The position numbers were made by a program, and so were the translations under genes. 28,011 bases of DNA from Octopus sinensis (Eukaryota): positions 1 to 28,011 of the forward strand of contig NW_021827589.1 of assembly GCF_006345805.1 (NCBI RefSeq), given 5' to 3'. The notes beneath the pieces were generated by a model, which made no database searches, was not told where the DNA came from, and saw only the letters and a program-made list of their open reading frames with translations. This document shows, one piece after another, positions 1 through 12,145 of this stretch; the stretch's first letter is position 1, and each line of letters starts with the position of its first letter.

Positions 1-303
1 TGGTATCTTCACCTGTAACAATTAGCATAAGCGCGGTATATGCAACCCGAATCATATTTACCCGAGATCACGTCTCTGACAGATATGCATATATTAAGAA
101 TTATACATTGATGTATTTGTAGACAAGAACACGCCTGTCTTCGTCTCTGTCACTCTATCAATTTACAAGTATGTGTGTTTATGTAGTTATAAAACTTATG
201 TGACTTATAAGTCATGTGAATATATGTGTGTCATTGTTCAGTTTTATTTCAAGATTTCTTGCCAATTGAGAAAGAGTCGGTTTCTAACCTATGCATGTAT
301 GTA

Positions 304-1605
304 CGAGGGGCGTTCAATAAGTAATGCCTCTGATCCACTTCCCATAGCAGTAAAGCAACGAAACTTGGCACAGTTATTAGTCCTTTTCTACATAGGAACC
401 ACACAGAGTTACGCATTTCTCCCATCGTTTGATGCAGCTCTGATGACCGTTTTTGTAGAAGACCCCAGCTTGGTCCTCCAACCACGACGTGACTTCAGAA
501 ATCAAGGCTGCATCATCTGGGAAACGCTTTCCTTTCAAAACAACTTCATGGCTGGGAAGAGGTGAAAATCAGGGGGTGCAAGGTCAGGAGAGTAGGGCGT
601 ATGGGGGAGGAGTTCTTAGCCGCACGCCTGTGCTTCTGATCTGGTGACACGCGAGTTGTGGACCGGAGCGTTGTCCTGCAGGAGGAGGTTGCCTTTGCTG
701 ATCTTGCCCCGCCTCTTGATTTTGATAGCTTCTCTTAATTTCCTCAAAAGTGAAGTTTAATAGGCTCCTGTAATTGTGGTACCCTTTGCCAGGAAATCTG
801 TCATCACTACTCCGTCCTGGTCCCAGAAGACTGTGAGCATAACCTTGCCAGCGGAGGGCTGCACCCTTGCCTTCTTTGGAGGAGGTGAGTCACGGTGCTT
901 CCACTGCATTGACTGGGCTTTGGTCTCTGGATCATAGTGATGGACCCAGGTTTCATCCTGTGTAATCAGTCTTTTGAAAACTTTTGACTCATCTTCTTGG
1001 CACATCTCCAAATTCATCCTCGAGCACTCGACGCGTTCTTGCTTCTGGAAATGTGTGAGCAACCTGGGAATTCATCTGGCAGACACCTTTTGCATATGCA
1101 AATGGTCATGAATGATAGTTTCCACAGACCCGGTACTAATCCTGACCTCATGGGCTATTTGGCGAATAATTATGCGTCGATCTTCCAAAATGGCAGCCTC
1201 AACATGACGGACAGATGCCTCATCAATGGCAGAAGTGGGGCAACTACATTTGGGAGCTGTTTCCACAGAGTTTCGACCATGTTTGAATTCACGATGCCAG
1301 CGTTTTACAAGGTCATATGATGGGGCATCATCACCATAAGTTGCTTTCATTTCATCAAAAGTCTCCCGTGGTGTGCGTCCTTTCAAATACAAAAAACCGG
1401 ATCACTGCTCGACACTCAACAGGCTCCATTTCACACTTGACTCAGTTCAAACACCTGTAAATCAGAAACCACAATTAGTTCAGAGCTGTAATTTGCCACT
1501 TAATCTATATAGATATAAATAATTGCACATGCAAAATTATTTATTGATCATCTTGATCAAACAACTGCAAGTGTGTCAGAGGCATTACTTATTGAACGTC
1601 CCTCG
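304..1605 (-). mobile_element. Full-length Tc1/mariner (DD34D mariner) DNA transposon, 1302 bp
   Basis: 30-bp terminal inverted repeats at 304-333 (CGAGGGGCGTTCAATAAGTAATGCCTCTGA) and 1576-1605 match at 29/30. TA flanks both ends (302-303, 1606-1607). Length is typical of mariners and the interior is a transposase remnant. Confidence 0.97.
377..1429 (-). pseudogene. Mariner transposase pseudogene
   Basis: Manual translation: MEPVECRAVIRF/LYLKGRTPRETFDEM...KVSAR*IPRLL (WVPxxL motif, W mutated to stop at 1072-1074)...ITQDETW...GAY*(757-759)...LLQDNAPVH...G*(616-618)ELLPHTPYSPDLAPPDFHLF...RWEKCVTLCGSYVEKD*. There are 34 residues between the second and third catalytic Asp. Three stops and about three frameshifts (~1393, ~540, ~470). 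Confidence 0.95.
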
Positions 1606-1863
1606 TATGTATGTATGTATGTATGTATGTATGTATGTATGTATGTATGTATGTATGTATGTATGTATGTATGTATGTACGCATGTATGTGGGTGTGTGT
1701 ATGCATGTAGGTATGTATGCATGCATGCAAGCATGCATATATGTATGCACGTGTCTATGTATATATAATCGCACGCGTATACATATAAACACACATGTTT
1801 ATATGCATATATATATATATGTGTGTGTGTGGTATGTATGTATGTATCTATCTATCTATTTAG

Positions 1864-1911
<48 letters not shown>

Positions 1912-1940
1912 TTATCTATCTATATCTATCTACTCCTCTC

Positions 1941-2024
<84 letters not shown>

Positions 2025-2035
2025 TTTATAGCTAG
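1606..2035. repeat. Compound microsatellite (TATG)n/(TATC)n/(TC)n/(TA)n
   Basis: Seen directly; explains ORFs 1523-2048. Confidence 0.95.
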
Positions 2036-2849
2036 ATTGATAGATTGATATATAAATGGTTAGAGAGATGCTGCAAAGGGTACGAAAACATTTCTTTGTA
2101 CAAAATCAGAATAGTATATGCAATTATTTTCACTCAATTTCTGGTACATTTACTGGCGAATCTATCATTAAATCGTTTGAAAATCGGTAACGTGAGACAC
2201 ACAAACTATTGGCAAAGCTTCAAATTCCAAAACCTTTCATAAATTCATATATACATTCATATATGCAATATATATACATACACAGGCACAAGCGCACTCA
2301 CATCCATCCTCATGTATAATATTTTAAAAGAAATCTACTTATACTTAAAATTTCAAACTAGCGTTTTAAAAACTTCAACTGCCTTTGTTAACAAAAGTGT
2401 TTATTCACACAAGAGCCAGCACTTCACTTCGAGTGCTTAAGGCTTGAAATTTTATAGATTTACTTATATACACTAGCAACGAACGATCGAATGTGTGTGC
2501 ACTGGGGGAGAATATCTATGCAGCCATCGATAATGTGAACTTGACGAAGAAGACCAGAAGCATTCTCGGAATAGAAATATATATCTCTTAAAATGAATTG
2601 AAAATGATGTGTATTTTTTTGGGGTTTTTTTTTCCAGTCTTTGTCTGCTGCCATGTTTGTTTTTATTTGTTTTTATTTGTTTATACATTTTGTTCTACAG
2701 AAATTATTCTGGAGAAGAATTTTGCTTTATTCCATTCCGTATTGTATTGTATTATCTCTCGATATTGTATTAACCTGAATATCACCTACGGGCTAAAGCA
2801 ATAAACATTTTGTGTGACATACCGATTGTTTCTGCGTACATACATAAAC

Positions 2850-3153
2850 ACCCACATATAAATATGTACACACATACACACACACACACACACACCCATA
2901 CACACACACACAGACACACATATATATGTATGTATACATATACATATATATATATACATATATATATATATACACACACATATATATATATGTGTAATTA
3001 TAAATATCAATGTATACATATATATATATATAAATATATATATGTGTGTATATAAATATATATGTATGTATAAATATATATACGCATATGTATACGCGCA
3101 CACCCCACATACATATACATAGATACATACATATATATGTATATATATATTTA

Positions 3154-3198
<45 letters not shown>

Positions 3199-3212
3199 AT
3201 ATATATATTATG

Positions 3213-3277
<65 letters not shown>

Positions 3278-3315
3278 GTGTCTGTGTATGTATAATATAT
3301 ATGTAAATATATGCC
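2850..3315. repeat. Compound (CA)n/(TA)n microsatellite
   Basis: Seen directly. Confidence 0.95.
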
Positions 3316-3779
3316 ATTCGTTTTCATTATGCATTCGGGTCTTGTGCTTCGTGTCATATTTGGTTTATTCTCCCATATTTCTCTTCATTTAAAAGCAAAA
3401 CAAACGGACAAACTAATTTTCTTTTTCTTCAATATCAATCTAAAATGATGGAACAATGGTGAGGAATGTGTTTTCGTTATGACATATTCGGTTTAAGTGA
3501 TCGGAGAAATGACTATCGAATATTTATACGCTGAGGTCTATGAGACTCCAAGTGACGACTTTGAGAAAGAATGTGTCAAGAGGTTTTAAGCGAAGGAGAG
3601 TGAGGAAGGGAAGAGAAACAGGGAAAATGAAAAAATAATAGAAAACAACTAGGAAACAAATAAACAAGCAAATAAATAAATGGTAACGTTTTGCTCTTTA
3701 ATTCATGAAGAGGTTTGTGGAACAAGAAGGTAAATAATCATTTTTTTCTTTCACTTTACAGAGATAAATAAATTGTAAC

Positions 3780-3801
3780 CGATAGGTTATGCATATATAA
3801 G

Positions 3802-3867
<66 letters not shown>

Positions 3868-4083
3868 ATATATATACATATATATATATATAAATATATA
3901 TACATATGAATGTATATACATATTTGTATTATATAAATGTGTATATAATAATCGAATATATATTTTCACTTATCTAGTCATCATTTAATCACTATTCAAT
4001 AATTGTATACATGGAGTTATTCATACTACTAACATACCGAAACACACAACACACACACAATACACCGCATAAGATGTATATAG

Positions 4084-4115
<32 letters not shown>

Positions 4116-4265
4116 ATATATATTATATATATATATATATGTATGTATATATATATATATATATATATCTATAATAGATATATGTGTGTGTGTGTATATA
4201 TATATAATATATTATGTATATACATAATACACTATGTATACAATATATATATATAATTTTTATAT
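3780..4265. repeat. (TA)n-rich microsatellite blocks
   Basis: Seen directly (3780-3950 and 4080-4265). Confidence 0.9.
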
Positions 4266-4267
4266 AT

Positions 4268-4478
4268 GTGTGCAGGAAGAAGCTTTCTTCCCAACCACAA
4301 TATTCCGGGTTCAGTTCCATTGCGTGGCACCTTGAGCAAGTGCCTTCTACTATATCCTCGGGCCGAGCAAACCCTTCTCAGTGGATTTGGTAGACCGAAA
4401 TATGTGTGTGTGTGTGCTTGTGTTTGTCCCCCACCTTTGCTTGACAACCGGTGGTGGTGCGTTTAGGTTCTTGTAACT
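4268..4478 (+). mobile_element. Degraded tRNA-derived SINE fragment (same family as 17781-18193)
   Basis: Aligns by eye to the reverse complement of the two full copies (CCGGGTTCAGTTCCATTGCGTGGCACCTTGAGCAAGTG...GTGGATTTGGTAGAC...TTGACAACCG), with internal deletions. Confidence 0.85.
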
Positions 4479-4789
4479 ACATACGCACATGCACAACGAA
4501 ATAGACGTGTGTATGAACCTTTTTTGTGCGAGTATGTGTGTGTACGAGTGTGTATGCGGGTATGTATATATTTCTTGGCGAATGTGTAGGTGAGCATGTG
4601 TGTGTTTCAAGTGAGGGTGGATGAGTATATACTTATAGGTGCATGTACGTGGGTGTGCGGGCGCGCATGTGTATGTATGGACATGCGCCCTTACGCGAAT
4701 ACTACGAACATTTTTACTCCCTTACATTCACTCCCTCCCCTCACTTAGCGGTCATTCTAATAACTATTTTGTCTTAATAACGGTCAATC

Positions 4790-4999
4790 ACACAGTAATT
4801 TCCCTTTGTTTAACGGTCATTTTCATAGCATTTTTTCCGATGGCCGGATAACTGAAGAGATGGCGGCGTGGATTTCCGCCCCGACAACCGAAACTCGGAG
4901 TTTTGGCATGGCTACTGAATAATTGTCACATATTACATTTACAGACAAATTCCTCTATTTACATAATATCGAAGTTTCATGCTTTTGTAACATTTCTAT

Positions 5000-5001
<2 letters not shown>
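4790..5001 (+). mobile_element. Solo terminal repeat (pLTR-like) of the Penelope-like family at 25.4-26.6 kb
   Basis: Colinear homology to 26345-26560 (ACACAGTAATTTCCCTTT...GATAAC(T/C)GAAGAGATGG...AAATTCCTCTATTTACATAA). Both copies end directly in (TA)n. Confidence 0.8.
4838..4916 (+). ncRNA. Type I hammerhead ribozyme-like motif (intact core, damaged stem I)
   Basis: CTGAAGA at 4852-4858, a GC-rich stem II, GAAA at 4890-4893, stem III ACTC-G-GAGT and a GUU cleavage triplet. The 3' strand of stem I is mutated relative to the 26.4-kb copy. Confidence 0.65.
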
Positions 5002-5033
<32 letters not shown>

Positions 5034-5589
5034 ATATATCATAGTAATATTTATTCTCCGGTCTGAAGCGACAGTTTTTAAAGGCAAACAAATGACCGAC
5101 AAACGATGAGCTAATTCCAGACAGAATCGAAACCACAAATCAGCGCTAACATTGCTCCTTGCACATTCGATTGGCGAAATGCTCACCGATGTATGTATAA
5201 TTTTTAATCAGCAGTCGTTACAAAGGCACTCTAATGACGAGAGTTTAGTGTTTGTGTGTTAATATTTTTTGCTGTTAATATGATTTTGTTTCTGGCACGT
5301 GAGTGTGTCTGTGCATGCGTGTAAGCGCGGGCGTGTTTACGTTTGTATGTAATTTTTTTGCGATCGTGGTTTTGTTTTCTTCCCGATCTTATTAAACACA
5401 CTTAAAAGTTGAATGTCTATTCGTTAGTGTTTTTTTTTACCTTTATCTATTGAACCTATACATCTTTCCTCTTCAACCTCTCGTCAATCATATTATGGAC
5501 ATGAATAAAAGACAATACACAATCATGTTGTTGTACTTATGGTTATTGACGTTTTTTTATGGTGCATATTTTGGTTGGCCTTTGTTCAA

Positions 5590-6808
5590 CCGTTACTACT
5601 TTCATTTTCATTTTTCCGCTGTTTTCTCCTTGTTAGTATTCTCCTCTTTTTCGTTGTTGTTGCTGTTGCTGTTCTTTTTCTTGTTGTTGTTGTTGTTGTT
5701 GTTTTTCCTCTTCTTCTTCTCTTCTTCTTCATCATCCCTATGTCGTTGTTGTTCTCGTTCTTCATTTTCATCCATTTGCTGTTGTTGTTCTTTTCTACTT
5801 ATTACCCATTTGTTGTTGTTGTTCTTCACCTTCTTCACCTTCTTCTTCTTGTTCTTCTTCATCATCATCCTCACCATCAGCATCATCAACATCTTCTTTT
5901 TCTTCTTCTCCTTCTCCTCCCCCTTCTTCTTCTTCTTCTTCTTCTTCTTTCTTTCTTTCTTTATTCTGTTACATTTTTATTTTTCATGATTACGGCAACG
6001 ACGATGCCGTCGACTGCGTAGCGACAAGAACACGGGATGACGACGAAGAAGACAAAAAAAAAAGACGACGAGGATGACGATAATGAAGAGGAGGAGTAGG
6101 TGAACGGTGTGGTTTCTGTCCTTACCTTCTGTACCAGTGATTTATTTATTCGACGTTTTTATCGTTCTTTTATTTTACTTGTTAATTACCTTCATTTTCA
6201 ATCTTGTTCAGCCAAGAACTCCACAAACATGAAGAGTATGCTAAATGTTTTGTTTTCGTTAATAAAATATTATTATAATAATAATAGAACAAAACAAAAT
6301 ATGAGCAAACAAACATGGCTGAAACAGGAGGGGAGGAGTAGTAGGAAGAGAAGTGAAGTAGACAAACATGGACGACGTTGACAACAACGAGAACAAGAAT
6401 AACAGCAGAAGCCACAATTGTGAAAAAAACAAAAGAAAAGAACAGAATTATTACACCACATCAACAAAAGGAGTTTGCCAGCAGCATCAGCATCAACAGA
6501 AACATCTAAAAGAAGAAGGGCAAGAAGAAGAAGGAAGAAGAAGGACAACAACAACAACAATAATAATTATAATAATGATGATAATCGTTTCTTTACTGGC
6601 CACAAGAGCCGAACACAAAGCAAACAATGATAGACATAATAATAATAATGATAATAATAATAACAACAGCAATAATAATAACAACAACAACAACAATAAT
6701 AATAATAATAATAAAGATAATAATAATAACAACAACAACAATAATAATAATAATAACAACAACAATAATAATAACAACAACAATAATAATATTAATAATA
6801 ATATAATA

Positions 6809-6848
<40 letters not shown>

Positions 6849-7467
6849 GATTATGAGTAAAATAACCAATACAAGATCGGCAATAACAAGAATAAGAACA
6901 AGAACTACAGCAACAACAACAACAACAACGAGAGAAACAATAAAATCGCAAGCAACAACAGCGAAAAATAACAACAAAGGAAATACTAAGAATGGCAGGA
7001 GCAACAACAACAACAACAACAAGCATAAAGAGGAGAGAAAAAAATTCATGCAGCGTTGCTGTGACATGGTGTTGGGTTTTATTATTATGATTGTTGTTGC
7101 TGTTGTTGCATTCTCATCATCATAATTATCAAGGTCATCATCATCATCATCACCATCATCATCACCATCATCATCACCATCATCGTCATCAAGGTCATCA
7201 TCATCAAGGCCATTATCATGATGATGATGATGATCATCATCATCATCAAAAATCATCATCCGCTTCCCCTTTGCCTCCTCTCCTCTTTATTATAATAATC
7301 ATGATCATCATCACCGTTGCCCCCTTTTTTGTCATTTCCTTATATATAACCCCCTCCCCGCCACACTTTATGTCGATATTTGTATTGTCCCTCTCATCCT
7401 TCGCCCTGGTGGCAAATAAATGAAATGATCATCATCATCATCATATCTATTATTATCATTATTATTA

Positions 7468-7516
<49 letters not shown>

Positions 7517-7737
7517 TATTATTATTATTGTTGTTGTCGTCTTCGTCGTCGTCGTTGTTGTTGTGGTTGTTGTTGTTGTTGTTCTTCTTCTTTTTCTTCT
7601 TCATCATCATCATCTTCTTCGTCCCAGACAGACTTTGCCTTTCATCGTTTCAGGGTCGATAAATTAAGTACAAGTGGGGCACTGTGGTTGATGTAATCGA
7701 CTAATCTCCCACCCCCGAAATTTCAGGCCTTGAAAGG

Positions 7738-7800
<63 letters not shown>

Positions 7801-8226
7801 ATCGTCATCATCACACCACCACCACCTCCACACTCATCACCAACCGCCACCATCATAATCATCGTCATCATCATCAGCATCATCAGAAACATCGTCATCG
7901 TTGTTATTCGCTTTCTTATCGTTGTTATTATTGTTATTTGAGACTATTATTATGGCCATCATAACATCCACATTAATATCATAATTATAATAGATATCAT
8001 TATTATCATTCTCGTTATTATTATTATTATTACTATTTGATGTTGTTGCTGTTGTTGTTATTGTTGCTCTTCATTTTCTGCTTATTATTATTATTATTAT
8101 TATCATCATCATCATAATTTTCCTTTCTTAATTCACCATCGTCGTTGTCGTCATCATTTTTCTGATAATCCTTCTCTTCACCGTCGTCGTCTCATTATTA
8201 TCAGTATTAATATTACCATTTTCAAC

Positions 8227-8262
<36 letters not shown>

Positions 8263-8616
8263 CACCACCACCACCACCAACGTTGGTTTTTATTATAAGA
8301 AGTGAAATCTGAATTCGTGATTTTCAAAAGAAACCTTTCAGTCTATTTATAAAGATATTTACTTGTTTTCGTTTCATAATTTCTTAAAGAGTTGATTAAT
8401 ACAGTAAGGAAGGAATAGGTTTTATCTTTTTTTTTGTTTCTCCTTCTCTCAACATTGTGTTTGGATTTTGTTTATGATTATTTTTTTTCTGTTAAAATTT
8501 CGTTTTTTTTTATGGAAAACGTATTTATTCACATTTGTTTGGTTGCAAAATAATATTTTTACATTCCCGCGTCATTTATTGTCGTCATGGTTCTCATTTC
8601 CATTATTATTATCATT

Positions 8617-8647
<31 letters not shown>

Positions 8648-8826
8648 TATTATTATCATCATCATCATCACCACCACCACCACCACACACCCACCACCAC
8701 ACCACCACCTCATCCTCATCATCATCATCATATCAATCATCATCATTATTATTATTATTATTGTTATATCATTATTATTATTATATTATTATTATTATTA
8801 TTGTTATTGTTATGTTATTATTATTA

Positions 8827-8857
<31 letters not shown>

Positions 8858-9012
8858 GTTGTTGTTGTTTTTGTTTTTGTTGTTGTTGTTGTTGTTTTTG
8901 TTTTTTTGTTATTATTATTATAATTATTATTATTAGTATTGTTATTATGTATTGGGTTGTATATTCTATTATTATTATTATTATATTATTATTACCATTA
9001 TTATTATTATTA

Positions 9013-9049
<37 letters not shown>

Positions 9050-9089
9050 CCTTATTATTATTTTATTATAGTTATTATGATTATTATTA

Positions 9090-9121
<32 letters not shown>

Positions 9122-9123
9122 GG

Positions 9124-9155
<32 letters not shown>
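5590..9155. repeat. ~3.5-kb compound trinucleotide domain (TTG/TTC/CAT/AAC/AAT/ATT/CAC)
   Basis: Seen directly; source of the homopolymeric ORFs at 5450-9246. Confidence 0.95.
7628..7737 (+). mobile_element. 3' part of a second SINE family ending in GG(ATT)n; Meta-domain-like (tentative)
   Basis: GACTTTGCCTTTCATCGTTTCAGGGTCGATAAATTAAGTAC is homologous to the minus-strand segment at 15639-15723, and both run into GGATTATTATT. Resemblance to the MetaSINE central domain is from memory only. Confidence 0.6.
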
Positions 9156-9158
<3 letters not shown>

Positions 9159-9602
9159 TAGTTTGTATATAGCGTGCTTTCACTTCACTACCGAGAACAG
9201 TTCTGTGTGCCTTGGGTATGTGCTGTGGTTTGTTGTGATGCTCTAATTTTTACTGTATTGAAAGTGTTTTGCGTAGGATGTGTGAGGTGCGTAGTAGTGC
9301 TATTTTCTGTATATTATATATATTTGTGAGTCCTGATGTTTTTGTTATGTATTTGTCTGAATATTTTTTTATCATACATAATGCGTCCACTGTTATAGGA
9401 ATTATTTCTGTTTTTAGATTCCGCATTCGAGTTACCTCTATTTCCAGGTCTTTGTATTTTGAAATTAGAAAACATTTTTTTTCTTCGTGATCTCTGACAA
9501 CTATATCTGGCCTACTGGCCGTAATTTCTCTATCTGTGTGTATTGGCATATCCCATAGTACGGTTGCATTGTCGTTTTCTGTGACCTTTTGTGGCGTGTG
9601 CT
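9156..9602 (-). mobile_element. 5'-truncated R4/Dong-like non-LTR retrotransposon tail (RLE domain plus 3'UTR)
   Basis: Translation KHTPQKVTENDNATVLWDMPIHTDREITASRPDIVVRDHEEKKCFLI/SKYKDLEIEVTRM...QKIALLRTSHILRKTLSIQ* is a restriction-like endonuclease C-terminus with an internal deletion. (TAA)n lies on both sides on the sense strand. Confidence 0.85.
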
Positions 9603-9603
9603 T

Positions 9604-9604
9604 A

Positions 9605-9692
<88 letters not shown>

Positions 9693-9703
9693 GATTGTTG
9701 TTG

Positions 9704-9774
<71 letters not shown>

Positions 9775-9776
9775 GT
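9604..9776. repeat. (TTA)n array between two LINE tails
   Basis: Seen directly. Confidence 0.95.
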
Positions 9777-10125
9777 TTTACTTCTCAGATCGCTCGGTCT
9801 TGTTTGATCTGGTTGATTCTGTGAGGGCGAACAGTAGCCCTTTTCAGAAGCCTCACAGAGTGTCTTTCCGCGCATTACAAGCTTTGTTACTTAGTTGTTA
9901 ATTATCGTTGGACACATTCAACATCCAAGTACCAACCTCAAAATCCTACCTATCCCCAATAGGGCCGTCGTATTATTAGGCTTGTTGTGCTCTCATGTCA
10001 ATTCCAATTTCTCTGACATATTTCTCGAACTTGGTTATTAGTGCTCCGAGTGCTCCTACAACTAATGAGATTGCAGACACTCTCCTCATCAGCTAAATTC
10101 TTGCAATTTCTTGAGAATGTATATT
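9777..10125 (-). mobile_element. Degraded R4/Dong-like tail, a different subfamily
   Basis: Translation QEIARI*LMRRVSAISLVVGALGALITKFEKYVREIGID...ALLGIGRILRLVLGC*. The 3'UTR has a CTGTGAGG...CCTCACAG stem and runs into (TAA)n on the sense strand. Confidence 0.75.
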
Positions 10126-10392
10126 TATGTTGTAATCTTTTGTGCCCAATATTTTAATGAACTTAAACTTTTTTATGTCCTTATCATGTTCTTGTTACCA
10201 AAGACTGTATATATGTATTGTAGCATTTTGTGACAACCAATAATTAGCACAACCAAACTTTTACATGTTACTTTTGACAATCTTTTTCTAAAGAGTGAAA
10301 CTGGTCAAGTAAATAAACATCTTTTAAAATTGCATTTTCAAACCTTCTTTCGTATATAATTCCACTCGTGCGGTACCTTACAACTCCACTTT

Positions 10393-10394
10393 AT

Positions 10395-10470
<76 letters not shown>

Positions 10471-10500
10471 ATATATATATTATTTAATATATATATATAT
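10393..10500. repeat. (TA)n microsatellite
   Basis: Seen directly. Confidence 0.95.
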
Positions 10501-10626
10501 TTGAGTAGTTGAATGTTATGGATAATTCGGTTAACCGATACCTGGGTAGCAAATTCACATCAGGGAATACACGTTTGAAGTTACGTGCTTTCGTGTGGAA
10601 ATTTGTATGTTTTTTTTTAAATATAA

Positions 10627-10798
10627 ATATATGAAAGAATGGAGTTGAACGACGAATTAACAAAATTCCTTTATTTTCGACATACGTTCGAAGGCTGCAT
10701 TCCTTATTCCTTCGCAATTAGGAATGCAGCCTTCGAAACATATGTCGAAAATAAAGGAATTTTGTTAATTCGTCGTTCAACTCCATTCTTTCATATAT
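10627..10798. repeat. 172-bp near-perfect inverted repeat (fold-back)
   Basis: Arms 10627-10704 and 10720-10798 with a 15-nt spacer. The arms differ by one substitution and one 1-nt indel. Confidence 0.97.
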
Positions 10799-10909
10799 AT
10801 ATTATATACATATAACGGAAGGTTTACGAAAATAAACAAAAGACGAAGGCAGGTGGAGTACAAACAAATAATGTATTAGTATGGCGCTCAGGAATAGAAA
10901 TAAAACAAG

Positions 10910-10947
10910 TCTTTAACGTTTCGAGCCTACGCTCTTCGACAGAAAGA
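10910..10947 (-). ncRNA. Minimal hammerhead-like motif with a variant core (A6U)
   Basis: Minus strand TCTTT-CTGTCGA-A-GAGC(GTAG)GCTC-GAAA-CG-T-T-AAAGA: 5-bp stem I, 4-bp stem II and palindromic stem III (ACGT). Confidence 0.55.
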
Positions 10948-11286
10948 TACACAGAAGAGAAAAAAATTGCGTGTAGGCGCTAACGATCCTACATGGCCTT
11001 ACACACAAACATACATGTACATATTTATACCCATTATCCCGTCATAACATCCAACGGAAGCAAGAGGCATCAACCATTGTTATTATCCTTATCTCACGCA
11101 TTCACATCCAAAAGCGCATTACAGGCAAGCAACGAGGACTTTTCTTTCGAACACTTCTTTCTATAATAAATAAGCAGCATATTTATTGGACATTTCTCTC
11201 GCTTTGACATTTATCGACATTTTACTGCCTCTTTTCTGCCCTTTACATTTTTACGCGTTTTTATGATTGAGTTTCTTTGCTCATCC

Positions 11287-11560
11287 GCTTCTCTTTTCTT
11301 TTTCCTATCCGCTTCTTCTTCTTCTTCTTCTTCTTCTTCTTCTTCTTCTTCTTCTTCTTCTTCTTCTTCTTCTTCGTCTTCTTCTTCTTCTTCTTCTTCT
11401 TCTCTTCTTCTTCTTCTTCTTCTTCTTCTTTTTCTTCTTCTTTTCTTTCTTTTCTTCTTCTTCTTCTTCTTCTTCTTCTTCTTCTTTTTCTTTTCTTCTT
11501 CTTTTCTCTTCTTCTTCTTCTTCTTCTTCTCTTCTTCTTCTTCTTATTTCTTCTCTTCTT
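11287..11560. repeat. (TTC)n/(GAA)n polypyrimidine tract
   Basis: Seen directly. Confidence 0.95.
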
Positions 11561-11569
11561 TAAAAATTG

Positions 11570-12038
11570 CTATAATAATAATAATAATATAATAATAATA
11601 TAATAATAATAATAATAAAGATAATAATATGTATATAACAATCAGTTGGAATTCTAGTCATGTAGTTATGAGTTAACAATATGTGACTGTATATATGTAT
11701 ATATATACATATATATATGTGTGTGTGTGTGTGTGTGTTTATGTATATATGTATGTACGTATATATATGTGTATATATATATGATTGTTTGTGTATATAA
11801 ATATATATATATATGGATGTATGAATAAATAAATGTATATACATATATATATATATATACTCACATTTATATGCATGTATATACATATCTATAATTATGT
11901 ATATCTTACCTGTCTGTATGTCTGTCTGTCTGTCTATATGTCTCTCTATCTCTATCTGTATCGTAATTGTGTTTCGTTTGCCAGGTGAAAAATCATTGCA
12001 TATATCATATTTATAAAACTATAGACGCACAGACAATC

Positions 12039-12075
<37 letters not shown>

Positions 12076-12145
12076 CTGTCTGCAAACAAACAAACAAACA
12101 AACAAACAAACAAACAAATAAATAAATAAATAAATAAATAAATAG
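11570..12145. repeat. Mixed (TAA)n, (TA)n/(TG)n, (GCT)n, (AAAC)n and (AAAT)n microsatellites
   Basis: Seen directly. Confidence 0.85.

Noticed and set aside
5103-5135. ACGATGAG...CGAAAC resembling a hammerhead
   Set aside because: The core has mismatches at positions 3-4, stem III is not palindromic and there is no stem I.
10086-10092. CTGATGA hammerhead core on the minus strand
   Set aside because: It lies inside the LINE coding remnant, with no downstream GAAA or supporting stems.
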